Shown: positions 8,722 to 17,900 of the stretch, in pieces
Numbering within the stretch: position 1 is the stretch's first letter
Layout: every line of letters begins with the position of its first letter
Assembly (NCBI GenBank): GCA_029557835.1
Contig: JAKQHW010000011.1
Coordinates: forward strand, 1-51,414
DNA length: 51,414 bases
From: Candidatus Micrarchaeota archaeon
GTDB lineage: Archaea; Micrarchaeota; Micrarchaeia; Anstonellales; Bilamarchaeaceae
Reading direction: 5' to 3'
Made by a program: the position numbers and the translations under genes
Notes under the pieces: generated by a model
Told to the model about the DNA's origin: nothing
What the model saw: the letters and a program-made list of their open reading frames with translations, nothing else
The model's database searches: none

Positions 8722-9179
8722 ATTATCCCGGGCACCTGCTGGTGGGAATAATTTTCGGGGCCGTATTCGCGCTTGCCATCGGGGCCGAGCCCTTCCTGTT
8801 CGGTTCCATTGTGTTCGTGGCTGCGTTCTCTGCGCTGGTGCCGGACATAGACCATGACAGCAGCAAGATGAGGCAGTGGGCGGACCTGGGGGTGCCCATC
8901 TGCGCGTTCCTTTTTTCATACAGTGCGATTTGCGACGGGGTGATGTGCGGGGCGGAGAACTGGCACCCAATCCTGGTGAACACGCTTGCGATAACCGGAC
9001 TGTACATGATTGTGATTACATACATGAAGCCGAGGCACAGGGGGATCACCCACACCCTTGCGGCTGCCGGGGCGTATGGGGTTGCGATATGGTTCTTTTC
9101 CGACTGGATGTTCGGGGTTGCGGGGCTGCTCGGATACCTGTCGCACCTTTTCGCGGACAGGATGGCGAAGCTGGTCTGA
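8718..9179 (+). CDS. Membrane-bound metal-dependent hydrolase (YdjM-like)
   Basis: GH, PDIDH, HRGITHT, GYLSHLFAD motifs with hydrophobic helices. Confidence 0.88.
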   Translation: MNYPGHLLVGIIFGAVFALAIGAEPFLFGSIVFVAAFSALVPDIDHDSSKMRQWADLGVPICAFLFSYSAICDGVMCGAENWHPILVNTLAITGLYMIVITYMKPRHRGITHTLAAAGAYGVAIWFFSDWMFGVAGLLGYLSHLFADRMAKLV

Positions 9180-9196
9180 ACCGGGATGGGGCATAA

Positions 9197-9203
9197 TTAT
9201 AAA
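9197..9203 (+). promoter_or_regulatory. TATA box of the putative C/D-like RNA
   Basis: TTATAAA starting about 25 nt upstream of the predicted 5' stem at 9222. Confidence 0.55.
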
Positions 9204-9221
9204 CTCTCTTCGCCAAAAAAG

Positions 9222-9384
9222 GTGCGGATGAAGAGATGCAGGTTTGCTGAGGGCCTCCCTCCCTGCAAAAGGCGTTTCCGGCTCAACAGTCCGGCTGGTA
9301 TGGCCGGGGGCGCCTTCCGGAGCTTCGGCTCCTGGACTACAGAAAGGGGGGATGCCCGCTGATGAAAACCTGGAGCTCTGACAC
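9222..9384 (+). ncRNA. Box C/D-like RNA with large structured insert between D' and C'
   Basis: C ATGAAGA 9228-9234, D' CTGA 9247-9250, C' CTGATGA 9359-9365, D CTGA 9378-9381; 12-nt spacers; terminal GTG/CAC stem. Confidence 0.7.
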
Positions 9385-9451
9385 AAAAGCATATTGTAAC
9401 CATGGTTACAAGCGGCATATGAATAAAATCTTATTCATGTAATAGGAGGGC

Positions 9452-10174
9452 ATGCGCTGCAGGGTGTGCGGGCGCGAAGGATTCGACATCTGCCCGGAAT
9501 GCTCGTTTAAGGAACAGAACACCCAGTGCTGGCGCTGCAGGATGTACATACCGACCTCTGAGATGCAGCAATGGAAGGGGCAGTGGATATGCCCGAACTG
9601 CAGGATGGACACCGAAAGGGAGGACGAGCTGAAATTCGAGGGGAAAAAGAGGAAGGACGAGGGGGCCGGTGCCGAAACGTACGAGAAGCCGGGCCGGTGC
9701 CAGCGCTGCAGCAGGGAGACCAAGATACTCTACCAGTTCAACGGAAGGAAGCTTTGCTGGTACTGCCTTGAGGACGAGAACAGCACCGACTATTCGGGCG
9801 CCGGGCCTTCCGGGGGAGCCATAAGGGTGCAGGTCAGGCAGGAAAAAAGCCGGAGGAAGGGGCTCATCAACCGGCTGATAAGGATGGTTGCCGGCGGCGG
9901 TGAGGAAGAAGAGAAAGTCACCGTGATCTCCAATGCAAAGCTGATCCCCATAAAGAAAGGGGAGAGGGATGCCGAGGGGGAAACTGCTCCTGAGGGCGCT
10001 GTTCCGGCCAAGGCACCTGAAAAAAAGCCTGTTCTTCCAGCGGAAAAAAGGCCCCGCCCGGATTCCGGGCCGGTTGTGGGGAAAGAAGGGCCGGAAGAAA
10101 ACAAAGGGAAGGACGGGGAAGGGGGGAAAGACGAGAAAAAGAAGACGGACTGGAGCCTGTGGAAGAAGGACTAG
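9452..10174 (+). CDS. Hypothetical zinc-finger protein
   Basis: Six CxxC pairs (CRVC, CPEC, CWRC, CPNC, CQRC, CWYC) followed by a charged low-complexity tail. Confidence 0.7.
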   Translation: MRCRVCGREGFDICPECSFKEQNTQCWRCRMYIPTSEMQQWKGQWICPNCRMDTEREDELKFEGKKRKDEGAGAETYEKPGRCQRCSRETKILYQFNGRKLCWYCLEDENSTDYSGAGPSGGAIRVQVRQEKSRRKGLINRLIRMVAGGGEEEEKVTVISNAKLIPIKKGERDAEGETAPEGAVPAKAPEKKPVLPAEKRPRPDSGPVVGKEGPEENKGKDGEGGKDEKKKTDWSLWKKD

Positions 10175-10554
10175 CCCCTCCTGATTGCTATCTCGCCTCC
10201 GGACTCCCGTATGTACTCCATTTCCCTCCCCCTGGAATCCGAAAGCATCATCTCTGTGGAATGGTCGCTCACCCTGAGCGTGAGCACCCTCCTCGCCCTG
10301 TCCAGGGAGGCCTCCACGCTGTAAACGTCCGCGCCCTCCACGCGGGCATATTTCACCGAGCAGCCCTCGAACCTTTCCGGCCTGGTCGCGAGCTCGCCTA
10401 TCCTGGAGTCCCGGACCTTTCCCGAGAATATGTTCCTCCACGCGTCGTTCATAACGTTGAATGCGGCAATCTCGGCGCTCTGCAACGCCACGCTCACGAC
10501 CGGAACGTAGCTGAGCCGTGAAACCTCCTCTTCCCTCTCCTTTGCCGCCCTCAT
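10171..10554 (-). CDS. Hypothetical protein
   Basis: 127-aa ORF, 4 nt downstream of the neighbouring minus-strand ORF. Confidence 0.55.
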   Translation of the reverse strand: MRAAKEREEEVSRLSYVPVVSVALQSAEIAAFNVMNDAWRNIFSGKVRDSRIGELATRPERFEGCSVKYARVEGADVYSVEASLDRARRVLTLRVSDHSTEMMLSDSRGREMEYIRESGGEIAIRRG

Positions 10555-10558
10555 AGCA

Positions 10559-10891
10559 TCAACCCAATGTCACTTTTTTCCCGGACCAGTAGACCGAGAC
10601 CTGGCCTTCGCCCCTGCTCACAGTGAATAACGCGCCCCCGCTCTGCACCACCATCGTCCTTTCGTTGGGAAGGCTTACCGAGAAGCCGCCCTCGTCTATC
10701 CGCGGCAGTTCCGGCATGTGCCTCCTGGCGATGTCCAGCATCTCGTTTATCCTCTGCACCGCCTGGAGCTGGAGCTCCTGCCTCAGCCCCTCGATCTCCT
10801 CCTGCTTCCGGATTGGCTTTGGCACTGAGAATAAGCTCAGGTCCCTGCCCGCCTGCCTTTGAACCGGTCCCGCCATGGTTATTTTTCCCAT
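10559..10891 (-). CDS. Hypothetical protein
   Basis: 110-aa ORF with a TATA-like TTTAA upstream. Confidence 0.55.
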   Translation of the reverse strand: MGKITMAGPVQRQAGRDLSLFSVPKPIRKQEEIEGLRQELQLQAVQRINEMLDIARRHMPELPRIDEGGFSVSLPNERTMVVQSGGALFTVSRGEGQVSVYWSGKKVTLG

Positions 10892-10930
10892 GGGGAGCTT
10901 AAATATCTTTCCTTCGCGCGCGTTCGGTGC

Positions 10931-11518
10931 TCAGAACCGGAACTCGCCGGCGCCATCCCTGAGCACCTTCATCCCCACAAGGTCGACAATCGTTGATTCC
11001 TTCCTGAAAAGCGTCTCCCCCCCGTCTATGGCCAGGTCCGCCTTGGCCACCAATCCTGCATCAAGCTTGCCGAATGAGAAAACCGATCCTTGCCCGGAGA
11101 TGTTCGCACTCGTCCCTATTATGGGGAGCCCGGTGTCGCCCGAGACCTTCCTTATGAAGGAGTGGAGCGGGACGCGCACGCCTATCTTGCTTCCCGGGCA
11201 TGCGGGGATGTCCTCCTTCTTTTCAAGAAGGAAGGTGTACGGGCCCGGAAGGTATCGGAACAGGTACCTGGCCTTGTCCTCCGGGACCTCGCAGTACCTC
11301 CTCAACATGGAGAAATCGGAAACAATGATGGAGAACGGCTTCCCGTCCCTTCCCTTGATCTCCCTCACCCTTTCGCAGACCTTTCCGTCCAGCGCGTTCC
11401 CGCCAATCCCGTAGACCGTGTCCGTGGGATAGATGAACACCTTCCCCTCCCTCATCGCGTTCCCCGCCGCCTCAAGGGCTCCGGCATAATCCCCGGCAAG
11501 GGAGAATCTTTTCCTCAA
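10931..11518 (-). CDS. L-threonylcarbamoyladenylate synthase (YrdC/TsaC, no Sua5 domain)
   Basis: YPTDTVYGIG, KGR..KPFS, PGPYT, GVRVP, TSANISG, STIVD. Confidence 0.93.
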   Translation of the reverse strand: MRKRFSLAGDYAGALEAAGNAMREGKVFIYPTDTVYGIGGNALDGKVCERVREIKGRDGKPFSIIVSDFSMLRRYCEVPEDKARYLFRYLPGPYTFLLEKKEDIPACPGSKIGVRVPLHSFIRKVSGDTGLPIIGTSANISGQGSVFSFGKLDAGLVAKADLAIDGGETLFRKESTIVDLVGMKVLRDGAGEFRF

Positions 11519-13077
11519 AGCTCACGCACCTCTATCTGCCCGTACCTGCCCTCAAGCTTCCGGAATTTTTTCCTTCCCTGCTTGAAGATGTAGGTGATGT
11601 CGTTCGGCTTGGCGTAAAGCACGAAGCCGCCCTCAACCTTCTCCAGCCTGAACTCGTGCTGCATGAGCCTGGAAAGGGCGCGCTCCAGCGAGCCGCCCCT
11701 GCGCTCCCCGCCCCTCCTGCCGCCGCGCTGCCCCCCTTCCGCGAGCGGCAGCACCACCGTCTCCTCCCCGAACTTGTAGATCTCGTACTCCGGCTCGCCG
11801 CTCTCGAAATCCTTCACCTCTATCACGGGGCGGGCGAGGTCCGCCTCCCTCATCCCCGCAGGGACCTTCACGGAATGGGTGAGCTCGTACACCTGGGTGA
11901 TCTGCCCCCCGTCTATCATTATGACCGTGTCCACAACCTGGGGGATCACTCCCAAATCCACCTTCCCTATGAACCGCTGTATCGCGTCTATCGCCTTGCG
12001 CCCGTGCACCACGCCAACCAGCCCTATGCCGGTGAGCCTCATGTCCGTGTAGATGTTGAAGTCCTTGCTCTTCCTCATCTCGTCGTAGAAAGTATAGTCC
12101 GGGCGCACGAGCAGGAGTATGTCCTTGGTATAATCGAAATCCCCCTCCAGCGCCGTGTACTGGGTTATCTCCTGGATTACGCGCATGTCCCTCGGCGACT
12201 CCATGGTCTTCACCACATATCCCTTGCCGTGGTAATATTCCGCGAGGGCGGCTGCGAACGTTGACTTCCCAGAGCCGGGCGGCCCGCAGACGATTATCCC
12301 CTCCGCCTGCTCGTCCATCCGCCTCATCAGCTTCTCGCTTATCTCGTAATCCTTCAGCGTGTTCTTCTTTATCGGGCGGACGATGGTGATTTCGAAACCG
12401 TCCGAGAACGGCGGCTTGGCGATGACTATGCGGTAGTCCGCCATCTGCAACACGCTCGCGCCCATTCGGTCTATCTCGAAATAATATGACTGGTTCCTGC
12501 CCGCCGCCTCGACGATTTCCTCCCCCATCTTCCTTATCCGCTCCTCGGAGATTATCTCTCCCAGCTCAACGCGCTCCACTCTCGCCGGGCCGCCTTTTTT
12601 CAGCACCGGCCTGCATCCCTCCTTCAGGTGGAGGGACATGGTCTGCGCGTCGAAATAATGCTCGAAGCTCAGTTTCCCCTTCTCCTCCCTGGCGCGCAGG
12701 TAGACGGTCTTCAACCCCTCCACCCCGGCGGCCTCGTGCTGCACCGTGTCCCCGGTTATCAGGACGGCGCCCAACTCCTTCGCGAGCTTCCTTATCAGGA
12801 AATCCAGCTGCCCTGTGCGCCTCGCCTCGTGCAGTTCCTCCGGGGCGGGCCTCTCCCCCTTTATCTGGAGGGAGATTTTTCCTGATTTCTCCATTTCCCG
12901 CAGCTTCCTCATCACCGCGAAGCCCGCGTACCCCGTTTCCTTTTTCCGGTTCGCCTGCCCCTCTATCTCGGCTATCGTGGCCTCGTGGAGGAAAAGCTCC
13001 CCCTTCACCTCGCCCTTCTCTATCAGGTCTATGATTCTTCCATCGATTATTACGCTTGTATCGCATACATGACGCAT
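11515..13077 (-). CDS. PINc/VapC-ATPase (PINA), PIN domain + P-loop ATPase
   Basis: DTSVIIDG PIN start, GPPGSGKST, KTMESPRD, LLLVRPDY..YDEMR, EYEIYKFGEE. Confidence 0.92.
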   Translation of the reverse strand: MRHVCDTSVIIDGRIIDLIEKGEVKGELFLHEATIAEIEGQANRKKETGYAGFAVMRKLREMEKSGKISLQIKGERPAPEELHEARRTGQLDFLIRKLAKELGAVLITGDTVQHEAAGVEGLKTVYLRAREEKGKLSFEHYFDAQTMSLHLKEGCRPVLKKGGPARVERVELGEIISEERIRKMGEEIVEAAGRNQSYYFEIDRMGASVLQMADYRIVIAKPPFSDGFEITIVRPIKKNTLKDYEISEKLMRRMDEQAEGIIVCGPPGSGKSTFAAALAEYYHGKGYVVKTMESPRDMRVIQEITQYTALEGDFDYTKDILLLVRPDYTFYDEMRKSKDFNIYTDMRLTGIGLVGVVHGRKAIDAIQRFIGKVDLGVIPQVVDTVIMIDGGQITQVYELTHSVKVPAGMREADLARPVIEVKDFESGEPEYEIYKFGEETVVLPLAEGGQRGGRRGGERRGGSLERALSRLMQHEFRLEKVEGGFVLYAKPNDITYIFKQGRKKFRKLEGRYGQIEVREL

Positions 13078-13131
13078 AAGAGCACCTGGTTTGTTTGGGA
13101 TTATGAGTATTATATAGGTTGTGGGCGCGGA

Positions 13132-13338
13132 CTACATCCCGAACCTCGGCCTGAGGCGCCTGAGCGCCGCCCGCACGGCAAGCCAGAATGCGAGCAGGGC
13201 AAGGAATGAAAGCCCGGTTTCCGTGGCCCCGCTTATCCCGAAATGCCTTATCGAATAGAACCAGGCGGCGAGGACGATTAGGTAAACCGCAACCTCAAAA
13301 AGCTGCCACGCCCCTATCGGGAATGCCCTTATGTCCAT
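13132..13338 (-). CDS. Small two-helix membrane protein
   Basis: ATG at 13338 directly after the dhs stop; two hydrophobic stretches. Confidence 0.55.
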   Translation of the reverse strand: MDIRAFPIGAWQLFEVAVYLIVLAAWFYSIRHFGISGATETGLSFLALLAFWLAVRAALRRLRPRFGM

Positions 13339-13339
13339 G

Positions 13340-14365
13340 TCAACCCTTGTCCAGCATCGGCCCGAAGTTCTTTGGCTTCCTTTTCTTCCAATTGCCTTTG
13401 TGGTAGGCGTAGCCGACCACCAGGGGCATCGCAATCGTCGCCTCGGCGAAAACCATCTGCTCGTTTCCCTCGTCCACCTTGCCCCAGGAATGCGCCTCCT
13501 TCAGGGTGGAGCCGGAGAGCGCACCGTCCCTCTCGTCCGCTACGGTGATTTGCACCGCGTACTTGTGCATGGAGACGTCCTTCCCGAGAACCTCCGCCGC
13601 GACCACAATGTCCTGCGTGAAGTTCTTCGGGACTCCGCCCCCTATCATGAGGATTCCGGTCTCCCCGGCCGCCAATTTGATTTTCGTAATCTCAAGGAAG
13701 TCCTTCGCCGAGTCTATGGACGCGTGCTGCTTTGGATTGTGCCACTGATGGTGCACGAAGCCGAAGCCGGCGCTGCAGTCGGAAAATGCAGGCACAAAAA
13801 TAGGCACGCCCATCTCGTAGGACGCGAGCACCACGGACTGCCTGTTCTTCCCGTGCTCCTGCAGGTATTTGCCCATCTCCCGGATAATTTCCCTTGAGGA
13901 ATGGGGCTTCGGAGGAAGGGAATCCGCTATTTTCGCAACGGTCATGTCGCACTCGCGCAGCTCGTCCTCGTCTATATATGTATCATATATGCGGTCTATG
14001 CGCTTCTGCCTCAAATCCTCGTCGTCCGCCATGGGGTTGCCCATGTAGTGCCTGAAGCCCAGCCCCTCGAAGAAGTCCTGGTCCACCATTATCGCGCCCG
14101 TGGAGACAATCGCGTCCACCATGTTGTTGCGCACCATGTCCACGACCACATCTTTCAACCCCGCGCTGAAGAGGGAGCCGGCCAGGCAGAGTATCACGGA
14201 GCAATTCTCGTCCGCCAGCATCTTGTCGTAGATATGGGAAGCACGGGCGAGGTTCCTCGCCTGGAACGCCATGTGAGAATAGTCTTCTATTAGCTGCACC
14301 GGGTTGTGCTTCTTGATGTCTATGTGCTTTATCTCCTTTCCAAGGTATTCCTCTCTGGTAGGCAT
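13340..14365 (-). CDS. Deoxyhypusine synthase family protein
   Basis: VDAIVSTGA, RIYDTYI, IGGGVPKNF, DGALSGSTLKEAHSWGKV with catalytic Lys. Confidence 0.93.
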   Translation of the reverse strand: MPTREEYLGKEIKHIDIKKHNPVQLIEDYSHMAFQARNLARASHIYDKMLADENCSVILCLAGSLFSAGLKDVVVDMVRNNMVDAIVSTGAIMVDQDFFEGLGFRHYMGNPMADDEDLRQKRIDRIYDTYIDEDELRECDMTVAKIADSLPPKPHSSREIIREMGKYLQEHGKNRQSVVLASYEMGVPIFVPAFSDCSAGFGFVHHQWHNPKQHASIDSAKDFLEITKIKLAAGETGILMIGGGVPKNFTQDIVVAAEVLGKDVSMHKYAVQITVADERDGALSGSTLKEAHSWGKVDEGNEQMVFAEATIAMPLVVGYAYHKGNWKKRKPKNFGPMLDKG

Positions 14366-14497
14366 GAGGGAGAAATGCTGGGCAACTGTTTTTTATACTA
14401 TCGTGAGAGAAATATAATACGCACTTGGGACTATGCGCCCATGTTTGCGAACCGTCCGCTTTATGTCGGATAAAAACGGGACTAAAAAAGCGGTCGA

Positions 14498-14572
14498 GGG
14501 CTCGTAGCTCAGCTTGGCCAGAGCGGCGGACTTTTAATCCGTAGGTCGGGGGTTCAAATCCCCTCGAGCCCG
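14498..14572 (+). tRNA. tRNA-Lys(UUU)
   Basis: GGGCTCG/CGAGCCC-G; anticodon arm GCGGA-CTTTTAA-TCCGT; T-loop TTCAAAT. Confidence 0.96.
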
Positions 14573-14652
14573 AAAAACGCAAGGAGGGGGCAACTGTTTT
14601 TTCCCTATCCCCCTCCTTTCATTTTCCACGCTCCTTTCTGATTTCCTCCCCC
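14573..14652 (-). repeat. tRNA-associated hairpin repeat, degenerate copy F
   Basis: AAAACGC..GGAGGGGG...TCCCCCTC...CATTTTC...TCTGAT..CCTCC parallels 27458-27521, also directly 3' of a tRNA. Confidence 0.5.
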
Positions 14653-14691
14653 AACCAAATAAAAATAAACCCTCCTTCCGAATAATAACCC

Positions 14692-15198
14692 ATGAAACCC
14701 GTCCTATTCGCATTGGCTTTGGGGATATTGCTTCTTGCCGGCTGCACGCTCCCGTGGCAGCAGGCTCAGCCCGCGCAACAGCCCGCCCCCCAGCCGCCCG
14801 CCCTCATACAGCCGCCTGCCTGCGAGGAATACGCGACCTACGCGAAGGGGGAGCTGAACGGGGTTTACGGCACTTACAGGAACACGTGCGACGGCTCGGA
14901 CCTGAAGGCATACTTCTGCAGGGGAGGGGTGGTCGCGGAGGAGATAGTCCGGTGCGGCTGGAACTGCTACAACGACGAATGCGTGCACAGGAGGGAGGGC
15001 TTCTGCGTGGACTCCAACGAGAAGGACGACCAGTACAGGCGGGGCGAGACCAAGATGACCGTGAGCACCTCGGTGATGGAGAGGGTCGTGGACAGATGCG
15101 CTTCCCCCACCACATTATATGAGTATTACTGTTCGGGCGGGGACATCGTGAGGAAGGAGATTGCGTGCACGTGCGCAGAAGGTGAATGCGTCAGATGA
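14692..15198 (+). CDS. Cys-rich secreted lipoprotein
   Basis: Lipobox LLAGC, Pro/Gln linker, two C..L.(A/E)Y(F/Y)C.GG...C..C...ECV modules. Confidence 0.75.
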   Translation: MKPVLFALALGILLLAGCTLPWQQAQPAQQPAPQPPALIQPPACEEYATYAKGELNGVYGTYRNTCDGSDLKAYFCRGGVVAEEIVRCGWNCYNDECVHRREGFCVDSNEKDDQYRRGETKMTVSTSVMERVVDRCASPTTLYEYYCSGGDIVRKEIACTCAEGECVR

Positions 15199-15845
15199 GG
15201 GAGATTTTCAGGGGGGTGTACGAGGAGGGCGGGAAGCTCTACACCCTCAATTTCGCACCGGGCACCAAAGTCTACGGGGAGGACGTGCTCAGGGCCGGCG
15301 GTAAGGAATACCGCTCATGGATGCCGAGCAGGAGCAAGCTCGGCTCAGCGATAAAGAAGGGGCTGAAGGAGATGCCCATAATGCCGGGCTCGAAGGTGCT
15401 TTACCTAGGCGCGGCGACCGGCACGACCGTGTCGCACGTTTCGGACATAGTCGGAGGGGAGGGGGAGGTGTACGCGGTGGAGATTTCGGCACATTCCATG
15501 AAGTCCCTTCTCCAGGTGTGCGAGCACAGGGGCAACATAATCCCCATACTTGCGGATGCCGGCAGGCCGCAGGAATACGAGGAGGTCGGCGGGGTGGACG
15601 TGGTGTTCGAGGACGTCGCGCACCCGGACCAGGCGGAGATGATGGTTAAGAACGCGAGGTTCCTGGGGAAGGGCGGCTATGCGATGATTGCGATAAAGTC
15701 CCAGAGCATCGATGTGACGAAAAGGCCGGAGGAGATATACGCGAGGGTTGAGAAGGAGCTGGAGGGGACTTTTGAGGTGGTGGAAAGGATATCCCTGGAG
15801 CCTTACGAGCGGGATCATCTATTTCTTCTTTTGAGAAAGAAGTGA
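15195..15845 (+). CDS. flpA: Fibrillarin-like rRNA/tRNA 2'-O-methyltransferase
   Basis: VYGE, RSKLG, VLYLGAATGTTVSHVSD, NIIPILADA, LEPYERDH. Confidence 0.96.
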   Translation: MREIFRGVYEEGGKLYTLNFAPGTKVYGEDVLRAGGKEYRSWMPSRSKLGSAIKKGLKEMPIMPGSKVLYLGAATGTTVSHVSDIVGGEGEVYAVEISAHSMKSLLQVCEHRGNIIPILADAGRPQEYEEVGGVDVVFEDVAHPDQAEMMVKNARFLGKGGYAMIAIKSQSIDVTKRPEEIYARVEKELEGTFEVVERISLEPYERDHLFLLLRKK

Positions 15846-17204
15846 GTATTCGGTGAACTTCTTGAGCGCGCGGACAGCGAAATCCGGGGAGTCGTAGGAA
15901 GGTATTCCGTACCTGTCCCACACCTTCCTGCTCTCCGCGGTGTAGTCCCCGCCGACAGCGACCGCGAATATCGGCTTCTTCCTCTGGTCTGAGGCGGATA
16001 TCACGATGTCCAGTATGCTGGAGTCCAGCGCTGGGGCCTGGAAAAGCACTATGACTATTATGGAGTCCACATTGGGGTCTGCAAGCAGCGCGTCAAGCGC
16101 CTTCCGGTATTCCTCGGGGCCGGAATCCGCGATCAGGTCTATGGGGTTCCCCACCTTCCCGTATTGCGGAAGCACTTCCCTTATAACTTTCTCGGTCTCC
16201 GAGGAGAGCTGCGCAAGCTGCAGGCCCTCCGCCTCTATCGCGTCAGCGCTTAGCACCCCCAGCCCGCCTCCGTCAGTCAGCACGGCAACCCTCCTCCCCT
16301 TGGGAAGCGGCTGGCTGAACGCGTTTACCACGTGGAAAAGCTCGGCGAGGGAATTGGCCTCTATCACCCTGGACTGCCTGAAAGCCGCCTGGTAGGCGGT
16401 GTAATTGCCCGCGATGTTCCCGGTGTGGGACATTGCCGCCTGGGAGGCGCCCGCGGTCTTGCCCGCCTTGAGCACTATGACCGGCTTTTTCTTTCCGACC
16501 TTCTTCATGACCTCGAACAGCTTCCTCCCGTCCTTGGTCCCCTCGAGGTACAGGATTATCTGCCTGGTGCGCGGGTCGGAGCCGAAATACTCCACAAGGT
16601 CCGCATCGTCTATCGTGAGCGCGTTCCCGTAGGATGCGAATTTCGCGAAGCCAACCCCGAAATGCGCGGCCATGTCAACTATGCAGCTTCCGACCGCGCC
16701 GCTCTGGGTCGCGAAGGAGATCTCGCCTATGCGGGGCCTCCCCAGTTTGTAGAATGGGAAGAACAGCGTGTCCAGCCTTTTGGACGGGTCGAGCGCGCCG
16801 AGGCAGTTCGGCCCTATCATCGCGATTCCGTATTTCTTCACGGCCTTGGACAGCTTCTCGTCAAGGTCCTTCCTCCCTATCTCGCCGAAGCCGGCGGAGA
16901 GGACTATCGCGCCCTTCACCCCCTTCCTTCCGCACTGCTCCATCACGGATGGGATGTGCTCCGCGGGTATGGCGAAGACCGCGAGGTCGACCTTCCCGGG
17001 TATGGAGTGCACATCCGGGTAGCAGCGCAGCCCGAGCACCTCCCTGTACTTGGGGTTCACCGGGTATACCTTCCCCTGGAAGCTCGCGTCCATTATGTTC
17101 TTCAGGACCACGTGCCCGAGCTTGCCCGTGGCAGGGGAGCCCCCTATTACCGCAATCGAATCCGGCTCGAAAACATGGTTTAGGTTCCTCACGTCCCTGC
17201 GCAT
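15819..17204 (-). CDS. acdA: Acetate-CoA ligase (ADP-forming) alpha subunit
   Basis: SIAVIGGS, YPVNP, GPNCLG, QSGAVG, SHTG phospho-His, GGGLGVL, NPIDL. Confidence 0.92.
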   Translation of the reverse strand: MRRDVRNLNHVFEPDSIAVIGGSPATGKLGHVVLKNIMDASFQGKVYPVNPKYREVLGLRCYPDVHSIPGKVDLAVFAIPAEHIPSVMEQCGRKGVKGAIVLSAGFGEIGRKDLDEKLSKAVKKYGIAMIGPNCLGALDPSKRLDTLFFPFYKLGRPRIGEISFATQSGAVGSCIVDMAAHFGVGFAKFASYGNALTIDDADLVEYFGSDPRTRQIILYLEGTKDGRKLFEVMKKVGKKKPVIVLKAGKTAGASQAAMSHTGNIAGNYTAYQAAFRQSRVIEANSLAELFHVVNAFSQPLPKGRRVAVLTDGGGLGVLSADAIEAEGLQLAQLSSETEKVIREVLPQYGKVGNPIDLIADSGPEEYRKALDALLADPNVDSIIVIVLFQAPALDSSILDIVISASDQRKKPIFAVAVGGDYTAESRKVWDRYGIPSYDSPDFAVRALKKFTEYSLLSQKKK

Positions 17205-17207
17205 ACC

Positions 17208-17840
17208 TCACACCCCCCTCCTTATCCTCACGTCGACTATGTCGTATCCGCGCTCGTCGAAAACGACCGGGTTCAGGTCCATCTCCTCGATGTCCTCCTC
17301 CACCATTATCCTGCAGACCCTTACCATAAGCTCCTCCAGGGATGCTATGTCGATGGGCCGTATCCCCCTAACGCCAGTTATCAGCGGGTTGGAGCGCAGC
17401 TCCATCACCATCTCCCTGACGTCCTCCTTCCTTATGGGGCAGATGCGGGCGGAGATGTCGCGGAACACCTCCACGTACACGCCCCCCAGCCCGAGCACCA
17501 CCATGTGCCCGAACTGCGGGTCCTTCTTCCCCCCTATCAGTATCTCAAGCCCCTTGCGGGCCATCTTCTGCACGAGCATCCCGGACGTCCTGTGGCCGCG
17601 GACGCTCTCCATTATGTCGTCGTACGCCGCAAGCATCCTTTCCTCGTTCTTGAGCCCCACCTTCACCGCGCCGTAATCGGTCTTGTGGGATATCTCGCTG
17701 GAGACTATCTTGAGGGCCACCGGGTAGCCGAGCCTTTTCGCGATTCTCGCGGCCTCCTTCTCGCTTTTTGCGATCCCATACGGGATGAGCCTGATTCCAT
17801 GCTTCTCCAAGAGGGAGAATTCCGGGATGCGTGCGGGCAT
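17208..17840 (-). CDS. acdB: Acetate-CoA ligase (ADP-forming) beta subunit, ATP-grasp
   Basis: GYPVALKIVS..ISHKTD, DPQFG, GLGGVYVE, EMDLNPV. Confidence 0.92.
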   Translation of the reverse strand: MPARIPEFSLLEKHGIRLIPYGIAKSEKEAARIAKRLGYPVALKIVSSEISHKTDYGAVKVGLKNEERMLAAYDDIMESVRGHRTSGMLVQKMARKGLEILIGGKKDPQFGHMVVLGLGGVYVEVFRDISARICPIRKEDVREMVMELRSNPLITGVRGIRPIDIASLEELMVRVCRIMVEEDIEEMDLNPVVFDERGYDIVDVRIRRGV

Positions 17841-17900
17841 GCGCTAGGCATCTTGTAGAAAATTTAAAAATGCACTCCGAGCATAGGAGGCGGCGAGAAA

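Noticed and set aside
9222..9384. SRP RNA, RNase P RNA, hammerhead or fluoride riboswitch
   Set aside because: Lacks the SRP helix-8 motif, the RNase P GAGGAAAGTCC, the hammerhead GAAA after stem II and the fluoride P1 stem; box C/D spacing fits better.
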